64,000 nucleotides of DNA from the human T2T-CHM13v2.0 reference genome, Homo sapiens. The notes beneath the pieces were generated by a model. That model searched no databases. It saw only the letters and a program-made list of their open reading frames with translations, and was not told the origin of the DNA. Both the position numbers and the translations under genes were made by a program. Numbering within the stretch: the first letter of the stretch is position 1; each line of letters opens with the position of its first letter. The stretch lies in the NCBI RefSeq assembly GCF_009914755.1, contig NC_060944.1, one strand, 5' to 3'. Positions 1-9,884 of the stretch are shown piece after piece.

Positions 1-279
1 TGTGATGCTTGCATTCAACTCACAGAGTTGAACATTCCCTTTCATACAGCAGTTTGGAAACACTCTTTTTGTAGTATCTGGAAGTGGACCTTTGGAGCGC
101 TTTGGGGCCTAGGGTGAAAAAGGAAATATCCTCACCTAAAAACCAGACAGAAGCATTCTCAGAAACTTCTTTGTGATGTGGGTAGTCAACTCACAGAGTT
201 GAACCTTTCTTTTGATACAGCAGTTTTGAAACACTCTTTTTGTAGAATCTGCAAGTGGTTATTTTGATAGCTTTGAGGC

Positions 280-296
280 TTTCATTGGAAACGGGA
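280..296 (+). other. Degenerate CENP-B box (B-type monomer m1), TTTCATTGGAAACGGGA
   Basis: Matches YTTCGTTGGAARCGGGA at the standard position except that the essential TTCG reads TTCA. Confidence 0.9.
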
Positions 297-621
297 ATAT
301 CTTCACATAAAAACTAGACAGAAGCATTCTCAGAAACTTCTTTATGAAGTTTGCATTCAACTCACAGAGTTGAACTTTCCATTCCATACAGCGGTTTTGA
401 AACTCTCTTTTTCTAGAATCTGTAAGTGGAAACTTGGAGCGCTTCGAGGCCTATGGTGAAAAATGGAATATCTTCCCATAAAAAGTAGACAGAAGAATTC
501 TCAGTAACTACTTTGTGATGTGTGTACTCAACTCACAGAGTTGAACTTTTCTTTTGAAAGAGAAGTTTTGAAACACTCTTTTTGTAGAATCTGCAAATGG
601 GTATTTAGCCTGCTGTGAGGC

Positions 622-638
622 CTTCATTGGAAACGGGA
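622..638 (+). other. Degenerate CENP-B box (m3), CTTCATTGGAAACGGGA
   Basis: Same G>A change in the TTCG core; recurs in the HOR copies across the window. Confidence 0.9.
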
Positions 639-963
639 ATATCTTCACATAAAACTAGACAGAAGCATTCTCAGAAACTTCGTTGTGATGTGTGCATTCA
701 ACTCCCAGAGTTGAACCTCTCTTTTGATAGAGCAGTTCTGAAACAATCTTTTTGTGGTATCTGGAAGTGGACGTTTGGAGCGATTCGAGGCGTATGGTGA
801 AAAAGGCAATATCTTCACCTAAAAACTAGACAGAAGCATTCTCAGAAACTGCTTTGTGATATGTGTAGTCAACTCACGGAGTTGAAACTTGGTTTTGATG
901 CAGCAGTTTTGAAACACTCTTTTTGTTAGAATCTTCAAGTGGATATTTGGATAGCTTTGAGGC

Positions 964-980
964 TTTCATTGGAAACGGGA
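964..980 (+). other. Degenerate CENP-B box (m5), TTTCATTGGAAACGGGA
   Basis: Same G>A change in the TTCG core. Confidence 0.9.
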
Positions 981-1304
981 ATATCTACACATAAGAACTA
1001 GAGAGAAGCATTCTCAGAAAGTTCTTTATGAAGTTCGCATTCAACTCACAGAGTTGTACCTTCCTTTTCACACAGCAGTTTTGAGACATTCTTTTTGTAG
1101 AATCTGCAAGTGGACATTTGGAGTGATTTGAGACATAGGGTGAAAAAGGAATATCTTCCCATAAAAAGTAGACAGAAGCATTCTCAGAAACGACTTTCTG
1201 ATTTGTGTACTCAACTCACAGAGTTAAACCTTTCCTTTGATACAGCAGTTCGGAAACACTCTTCTTGTAGAATTTACGAGCGGATATAAGGACAGCAGTG
1301 AGGA

Positions 1305-1320
1305 TTTCATCGGAAACGGA
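1305..1320 (+). other. Highly degenerate CENP-B box (m7), TTTCATCGGAAACGGA
   Basis: TTCA core plus loss of one G from CGGG. Confidence 0.8.
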
Positions 1321-1473
1321 ATATCTTCACATAAAAGTAGACAGAAGCATTCTCAGAAAGTTCTTTGTAATGTGTGCATTCAACTCACAGAGTTGAAAAT
1401 TTCTTTTGATAGAGCAGATAGGAAGCCCTCTTTTTGTAGAATTTGCAAGTGGATATCTGGACAGCTTTGAGGC

Positions 1474-1490
1474 CTTCCCTGGAAACGAGT
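1474..1490 (+). other. Highly degenerate CENP-B box (m8), CTTCCCTGGAAACGAGT
   Basis: B-box position with both the TTCG and CGGG cores altered. This is the second of two adjacent B-type monomers. Confidence 0.75.
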
Positions 1491-1644
1491 GTATCTTCAC
1501 ATAAACACTAGACAGAAGCATCCTCAGAAACTTGTTGGTGATGCTTGCATTCAACTCACAGAATTGAACATTTCTTTTCCTAGAGCAGTTTTGAAACACT
1601 CTTTTTGTAGTATCTAGAAGCGGACATTTGGAGCACTTTGAGGC

Positions 1645-1661
1645 CTAGGGTGAAAAAGGAA
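1645..1661 (+). other. A-type box (pJalpha-site-like), CTAGGGTGAAAAAGGAA; equivalents in m2, m4, m6, m9 and m11
   Basis: CTA(T/G)GGTGAAAAAGG(A/G/C)A occupies the box position in five of the eleven monomers, as in A-type alphoid monomers. Confidence 0.8.
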
Positions 1662-1815
1662 ATATCTTCACATAAAAACTAGACAGAAGCATTCTCTGAA
1701 ACTTCTTTGTGATGTGTGTACTCAACTCACAGAGTTGAACTTTTCTTCTCATAGATCAGATTTGAAACCCTCTTTTTGTAGAGTCTGCAAGTGTATATTT
1801 GGATAGCTTTGAGGA

Positions 1816-1832
1816 TTTCATTGGGAACGGGA
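1816..1832 (+). other. Degenerate CENP-B box (m10), TTTCATTGG(G/A)AACGGGA
   Basis: TTCA core instead of TTCG. Confidence 0.85.
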
Positions 1833-4800
1833 ATATCTTCCCATAAAAACTAGAAAGAAGCATTCTCAGAAACTTCTTTGTGATGCTTGCATTCAACTCA
1901 CAGAGTTGAACATTCCCTTTCATACAGCAGTTTGGAAACACTCTTTTTGTAGTATCTGGAAGTGGACCTTTGGAGCGCTTTGGGGCCTAGGGTGAAAAAG
2001 GAAATATCCTCACCTAAAAACCAGACAGAAGCATTCTCAGAAACTTCTTTGTGATGTGGGTAGTCAACTCACAGAGTTGAACCTTTCTTTTGATACAGCA
2101 GTTTTGAAACACTCTTTTTGTAGAATCTGCAAGTGGTTATTTTGATAGCTTTGAGGCTTTCATTGGAAACGGGAATATCTTCACATAAAAACTAGACAGA
2201 AGCATTCTCAGAAACTTCTTTATGAAGTTTGCATTCAACTCACAGAGTTGAACTTTCCATTCCATACAGCGGTTTTGAAACTCTCTTTTTCTAGAATCTG
2301 TAAGTGGAAACTTGGAGCGCTTCGAGGCCTATGGTGAAAAAGGGAATATCTTCCCATAAAAAGTAGACAGAAGAATTCTCAGTAACTACTTTGTGATGTG
2401 TGTACTCAACTCACAGAGTTGAACTTTTCTTTTGAAAGAGAAGTTTTGAAACACTCTTTTTGTAGAATCTGCAAATGGGTATTTAGCCTGCTGTGAAGCC
2501 TTCATTGGAAACGGGAATATCTTCACATAAAACTAGACAGAAGCATTCTCAGAAACTTCGTTGTGATGTGTGCATTCAACTCCCAGAGTTGAACCTCTCT
2601 TTTGATAGAGCAGTTCTGAAACAATCTTTTTGTGGTATCTGGAAGTGGACGTTTGGAGCGATTCGAGGCCTATGGTGAAAAAGGCAATATCTTCACCTAA
2701 AAACTAGACAGAAGCATTCTCAGAAACTGCTTTGTGATATGTGTAGTCAAGTCACGGAGTTGAAACTTGGTTTTGATGCAGCAGTTTTGAAACACTCTTT
2801 TTGTTAGAATCTTCAAGTGGATATTTGGATAGCTTTGAGGCTTTCATTGGAAACGGGAATATCTACACATAAGAACTAGACAGAAGCATTCTCAGAAAGT
2901 TCTTTATGAAGTTCGCATTCAACTCACAGAGTTGTACATTCCTTTTCACACAGCAGTTTTGAGACATTCTTTTTGTAGAATCTGCAAGTGGACATTTGGA
3001 GTGATTTGAGACATAGGGTGAAAAAGGAATATCTTCCCATAAAAAGTAGACAGAAGCATTCTCAGAAACGACTTTCTGATTTGTGTACTCAACTCACAGA
3101 GTTAACCCTTTCCTTTGATACAGCAGTTCGGGAACACTCTTCTTATAGAATTTACGAGCGGATATAAGGACAGCAGTGAGGATTTCATCGGAAACGGAAT
3201 ATCTTCACATAAAAGTAGAAAGAAGCATTCTGAGAAAGTTCTTTGTAATGTGTGCATTCAACTCACAGAGTTGAAACTTTCTTTTGATAGAGCAGATAGG
3301 AAGCCCTCTTTTTGTAGAATTTGCAAGTGGATATCTGGACAGCTTTGAGGCCTTCCCTGGAAACGAGTGTATCTTCACATAAACACTAGACAGAAGCATC
3401 CTCAGAAACTTGTTGGTGATGCTTGCATTCAACTCACAGAATTGAACATTTCTTTTCCTAGAGCAGTTTTGAAACACTCTTTTTGTAGTATCTGGAAGCG
3501 GACATTTGGAGCACTTTGAGGCCTAGGGTGAAAAAGGAAATATCTTCACATAAAAACTAGACTGAAGCATTCTCTGAAACTTCTTTGTGATGTGTGAACT
3601 CAACTCACAGAGTTGAACTTTTCTTCTCATAGATCAGATTTGAAACCCTCTTTTTGTAGAGTCTGCAAGTGTATATTTGGATAGCTTTGAGGATTTCTTT
3701 GGAAACGGGAATATCTTCCCATAAAAACTAGAAAGAAGCATTCTCAGAAACTTCTTTGTGATGCTTGCATTCAACTCACAGAGTTGAACATTCCCTTTCA
3801 TACAGTAGTTTTGAAACACTCTTTTTGTAGTATCTGGAAGTGGACCTTTGGAGCGCTTTGAGGCCTAGGGTGAAAAAGGAAATATACTCACCTAAAAACT
3901 AGACAGAAACATTCTCAGAAACTTCTTTGTGATGTGTGTAGTCAACTCACAGAGTTGAACCTTTCTTTTGATACAGCAGTTTTGAAACACTCTTTTTGTA
4001 GAATCTGCATGTGGTTATTTTGATAACTTTGAGGCTTTGATTGGAAACGGGAATATCTTCACATAAAAACTAGACAGGAGCATTCTCAGAAACATCTTTA
4101 TGAAGTTTGCATTCAACTCACAGAGTTGAACTTTCCGTTCCATACAGCAGTTTTGAAACTCTCTTTTTCTAGAATCTGTAAGTGGAAACTTGGAGCGCTT
4201 CGAGGCCTATGGTGAAAAAGGTAATATCTTCCCATAAAAAGTAGACAGAAGAATGCTCAGTAACTACTTTGTGATGTGTGTACTCAACTCACAGAGTTGA
4301 ACTTTTCTTTTGAAAGAGAAGTTTTGAAACACTCTTTTTGTAGAATCTGCAAATGGGTATTTAGCCTGCTTTGAGGCCTTCATTGGAAACGGGAATATCT
4401 TCACATAAAACTAGACAGAAGCATTCTCAGAAACTTCGTTGTGATGTGTGCATTCAACTCCCAGAGTTGAACCTCTCTTTTGATAGATCAGTTCTGAAAC
4501 AATCTTTTTGTGGTAACTGGAAGTGGACGTTTGGAGCGATTCGAGGCCTATGGTGAAAAAGGCAATATCTTCACCTAAAAACTAGACAGAAGCATTCTCA
4601 GAAACTGCTTTGTGATATGTGTAGTCAACTCACGGAGTTGAAACTTGGTTTTGATGCAGCAGTTTTGAAACACTCTTTTTGTTAGAATCTTCAAGTGGAT
4701 ATTTGGATAACTTTGAGGCTTTCATTGGAAACGGGAATATCTACACATAAGAACTAGACAGAAGCATTCTCAGAAAGTTCTTTATGAAGTTCGCATTCAA

Positions 4801-7665
4801 ATCACAGAGTTGTACCTTCCTTTTCACACAGCAGTTTTGAGACATTCTTTTTGTGGAATCTGCAAGTGGACAGTTGGAGTGATTTGACACCTAGGGTGAA
4901 AAAGGAATGTCTTCCCATAAAAAGTAGACAGAAGCATTCTCAGAAACGACTTTCGGATTTGTGTACTCAACTCAAAGAGTTAAACCTTTCCTTTGATACA
5001 GCAGTTCGGAAACACTCTTCTTGTAGTCTTTACAAGCGGATATAAGGACAGCAGTGAGGATTTCATCGGAAACGGAATATCTTCACATAAAAGCAGACAG
5101 AATCATTCTCAGAAAGTTCTTTGTAATGTGTGCATTCAACTCACAGAGTTGAAACTTTCTTTTGATACAGCAGATTGGAAGCCCTCTTTTTGTAGAATTC
5201 GCAGGTGGATATCTGGACAGCTTTGAGGCCTTCCCTGGAAACGAGTGTATCTTCACATAAACACTAGACAGAAGCATCCTCAGAAACTTGTTGGTGATGC
5301 TTTCATTCAACTCACAGAATTGAACGTTTCTTTTCCTAGAGCAGTTTTGAAACACTCTTTTTTTAGTATCTGGAAGTGGACAATTGGAGCACTTTGAGGC
5401 CTAGGGTGAAAAAGGAAATATCTTCACATAAAAATTACACAGAAGCATTCTCTGAAACTTCTTTGTGATGTGTGTACTCAACTCACAGAGTTGAACTTTT
5501 CTTCTCATAGATCAGATTTGAAACACTCTTTTTGTAGAGCCTGCAAGTGCATATTTGGATAGCTTTGAGGATTTCATTGGAAACGGGAATATCTTCCCAT
5601 AAAAACTAGAAAGAAGCATTCTCAGAAACTTCTTTGTGATGCTTGCATTCAACTCACAGAGTTGAACGTTGCCTTTCATACAGCAGTTTTGAAACAATCT
5701 TTTTGTAGTATCTGGAATTGGACCTTTGGCGCGCTTTGAGGCCTAGGGTGAAAAAGGAAATACCCTCACCTAAAAAGTAGACAGAAGCATTCTCAGAAAC
5801 TTCTTAGTGATGTGTGTAGTCAACTCACAGAGTTTAACCATTCTTTTGATACAGCAGTTTTGAAACACTCTTTTTGTAGAATCTGCAAGTGGTTATTTTG
5901 ATAGCTTTGAGGCTTTCATTGGAAACGGGAATATCTTCACATAAAAACTAGACAGAAGCATTCTCAGAAACTTCTTTATGAAGTTTGCATTCAACTCACA
6001 GAGTTGAACTTTCCATTCCATACAGCGGTTTTGAAACTCTCTTTTTCTAGAATCTGTAAGTGGAAACTTGGAGCGCTTCGAGGCCTATGGTGAAAAAGGG
6101 AATATCTTCCCATAAAAAGTAGACAGAAGAATTCTCAGTAACTACTTTGTGATGTGTGTACTCAACTCACAGAGTTGAACTTTTCTTTTGAAAGAGAAGT
6201 TTTGAAACACTCTTTTTGTAGAATCTGCAAATGGGTATTTAGCCTGCTGTGAGGCCTTCATTGGAAACGGGAATATCTTCACATAAAACTAGACAGAAGC
6301 ATTCTCAGAAACTTCGTTGTGATGTGTGCATTCAACTCCCAGAGTTGAACCTCTCTTTTGATAGAGCAGTTCTGAAACAATCTTTTTGTGGTATCTGGAA
6401 GTGGACGTTTGGAGCGATTCGAGGCCTATGGTGAAAAAGGCAATATCTTCACCTAAAAACTAGACAGAAGCATTCTCAGAAACTGCTTTGTGATATGTGT
6501 AGTCAACTCACGGAGTTGAAACTTTGTTTTGATGCAGCAGTTTTGAAACACTCTTTTTGTTAGAATCTTCAAGTGGATATTTGGATAGCTTTGAGGCTTT
6601 CATTGGAAACGGGAATATCTACACATAAGAACTAGACAGAAGCATTCTCAGAAAGTTCTTTATGAAGTTCGCATTCAACTCACAGAGTTGTACCTTCCTT
6701 TTCACACAGCAGTTTTGAGACATTCTTTTTGTAGAATCTGCAAGTGGACATTTGGAGTGATTTGAGACATAGGGTGAAAAAGGAATAACTTCCCATAAAA
6801 AGTAGACAGCAACATTCTCAGAAACGACTTTCCGATTTGTGTATTCAACTCACAGAATTAAACCTTTCCTTTGATACAGCAGTTCGGAAACACTCTTCTT
6901 GTAGAATTTACAAGCGGATATAAGGACAGCAGTGAGGATTTCATCGGAAACGGAATATCTTCACATAAAAGTAGACAGAAGCATTCTCAGAAAGTTCTTT
7001 GTAATGTGTGCATTCAACTCACAGAGTTGAAACTTTCTTTTGATAGAGCAGATTGGAAGCCCTCTTTTTGAAGAATTTGCAGGTGGATATCTGGACAGCT
7101 TTGAGGCCTTCCCGGGAAACTAGTGTATCTTCACATAAACACTAGACAGAAGCATCCTCAGAAACTTGTTGGTGATGCTTGCATTCAACTCACGGAATTG
7201 AATATTTCTTTTCCTAGAGCAGTTTTGAAACACTCTTTTTGTAGTATCTGGAAGTGGACATTTTGAGCAGTTTGAGGCCTAGGGTGAAAAAGGAAATAGC
7301 TTCACATAAAAACTAGACAGAAGCATTCTCTGAAACTTCTTTGTGATGTGTGTACTCAACTCACAGTGTTAAACTTTTCTTCTCATAGATCAGATTTGAA
7401 ACCCTCTTTTTGTAGAGTCTGCAAGTGCATAATTGGATAGCTTTGAGGATTTCACTGGAAACGGGAATATCTTCCCATAAAAACTAGAAAGAAGCATTCT
7501 CAGAAACTTCTTTGTGATGCTTGCATTTAACTCAAAGACTTGAACATTCCCTTTCATACAGCAGTTTGGAAACACTCTTTTTCTAGAATCTGGAAGTGGA
7601 CTTTTGGAGCGCTTTGAGGCCTAGGGTGAAAAAGGAAATATCCTCACCTAAGAACTAGACAGAAG

Positions 7666-9884
7666 CATTCTCAGAAGCTTCTTTGTGATGTGTGTAGTCA
7701 ACTGACAGATTTGAACCTTTCTTTTGATACAGCAGTTTTGAAACACTCTTTTTGTAGAATCTGCAAGTGGTTATTTTGATAGCTTTGAGGCTTTGATTGG
7801 AAACGGGAGTATCTTCACATAAAAACTAGACAGAAGCATTCTCAGAAACGTCTTTATGAAGTTTGCATTCAACTCACAGAGTTGAACTTTCCGTTCCATA
7901 CAGCAGTTTTGAAACTCTCTTTTTGTAGAATCTGTAAGTGGAAACTTGGAGCGCTTCGAGGCCTATGGTGAAAAAGGGAATATCTTCCCATAAAAAGTAG
8001 ACAGAAGAATTCTCAGTAAGTACTGTGTGATGTGTGTACTCAACTCACAGAGTTGAACTTTTCTTTAGAAAGAGAAGTTTTGAAACACTCTTTTTGTAGA
8101 ATCTGCAAATGGGAATTTAGCCTGCTTTGAGGCCTTCATTGGAAACGGGAATATCTTCACATAAAACTAGACAGAAGCATTCTCAGAAACTTCGTTGTGA
8201 TGTGTGCATTCAACTCCCAGAATTGAACCTCTCTTTTGATAGAGCAGTTCGGAAACAATCTTTTTGTGGTAACTGGAAGTGGACGTTTGGAGCGATTCGA
8301 GGCCTATGGTGAAAAAGGCAATATCTTCACCTAAAAACTAGACAGAAGCATTCTCAGAAACTGCATTGTGATATGTGTAGTCAAGTCACGGAGTTGAAAC
8401 TTGGTTTTGATGCAGCAGTTTTGAAACACTCTTTTTGTTAGAATCTTCAAGTGGATATTTGGATAGCTTTGAGGCTTTCATTGGAAACGGGAATATCTAC
8501 ACATAAGAACTAGACAGAAGCATTCTCAGAAAGTTCTTTATGAAGTTCGCATTCAACTCACAGAGTTGTACCTTCCTTTTCACACAGCAGTTTTGAGACA
8601 TTCTTTTTGTAGAATCTGCAAGTGGACATTTGGAGTGATTTGAGACATAGGGTGAAAACGGAATATCTTCCCATAAAAAGTAGACAGAAGCATTCTCAGA
8701 AACGACTTTCTGATTTGTGTACTCAACTCACAGAGTTAAACCTTTCCTTTGATACAGCAGTTCGGAAACACTCTTCTTGTAGACTTTACAAGCGGATATA
8801 AGGACAGCAGTGAGGATTTCATCGGAAACGGAATATCTTCACATAAAAGTAGACAGAAGCATTCTCAGAAAGTTCTTTGTAATGTGTGCATTCAACTCAG
8901 AGAGTTGAAAGTTTCTTTTGATACACCAGATTGGAAGCCTTCTTTTTGTACAATTTGCAAGTGGATATCTGGACAGCTTTGAGGCCTTCCATGCAAACGA
9001 GTGTGTCTTCACATAAACACTAGACGGAAGCAACCTCAGAAACTTGTTGGTGATGCTTGCATTCAACTCAGAGAATTGAACGTTTCTTTTCCTAGAGTTT
9101 TTTTGAAACACTCTTTTTGTAGTATCTGGAAGTGGACATTTTGAGCACTTTGAGGCCTAGGGTGAAAAAGGAATTATCTTCACATAAAAACTAGACAGAA
9201 GCATTCTCTGAAACTTCTTTGTGATGTGTGTACTCAACTCACAGAGTTGAACTTTTCTTCTCATAGATCAGATTTGAAACCCACTTTTTGTATAGTCTGC
9301 AAGTGCATATTTGGATAGCTTTGAGGATTTCATTGGAAACTGGAATATCTTCCCATAAAAACTAGAAAGAAGCATTCTCAGAAACTTCTTTGTGATGCTT
9401 GCATTCAACACACAGAGTTGAACATTCCCTTTCATACAGCAGTTTTGAAACACTCTTTTTGTAGTATCTGGAAGTGGACATTTGTTGCACTTTGAGGCCT
9501 AGGGTGAAAAAGGAAATATCTTCACATAAAACTAGACAGAAGCATTCTCTGAAACTTCTTTGTGATGTGTGTACTCAACTCACAGAGTTGAACTTTTCTT
9601 CTCGTAGACCAGATTTGAAACCCTCTTTTTGTAGAGTCTGCAAGTTCATATTTGGATAGCTTTGAGGATTTCATTGGAAACGGGAATATCTTCCCATAAA
9701 AACTAGAAAGAAGCATTCTCAGAAACTTCTTTGTGATGCTTGCATTCAACACACAGAGTTGAACATTCCCTTTCATAGAGCAGTTTTGAAACACTCTTTT
9801 TGTAGTATCTGGAAGTGGACCTTTGGAGCGCTTTGAGGCCTAGGGTGTAAAAGGAAATACCCTCACCTAAAAAGTAGACAGAAG
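7666..9884 (+). repeat. 13-monomer HOR structural variant (2219 bp; internal 2-monomer duplication)
   Basis: The period jumps from 1878 to 2219 (ORF starts 8749 to 10968, 8127 to 10346). The m10-specific CATTCTCTGAAAC...CAGATTTGAAACC appears twice, at ~9202 and ~9543. Confidence 0.95.

Larger units (their letters stand above)
154..2031 (+). repeat. Canonical 11-monomer higher-order repeat unit (1878 bp), first complete copy
   Basis: Monomer starts are at 154, 325, 496, 666, 837, 1009, 1179, 1348, 1519, 1690 and 1861 (lengths 171,171,170,171,172,170,169,171,171,171,171 = 1878), and the pattern restarts at 2032. The ORF track repeats at the same spacing (615/2493/4371/6249/8127). Unit starts continue at 2032, 3910, 5788, 7666, 9885, 11763 ... 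61779, 63656, giving 34 complete units. Confidence 0.97.

Noticed and set aside
678-690. CTTCGTTG in m4 as a possible intact CENP-B box
   Set aside because: It continues TGATGTGTG, lacks the A..CGGG half, and lies at the monomer start rather than at the box position.
154-2031. Assignment to known human 11-mer HORs (D13Z1/D21Z1 or D1Z5)
   Set aside because: The monomer count matches, but those HORs carry intact CENP-B boxes and, for D1Z5, a pentameric organisation. Identity cannot be established without a database search.
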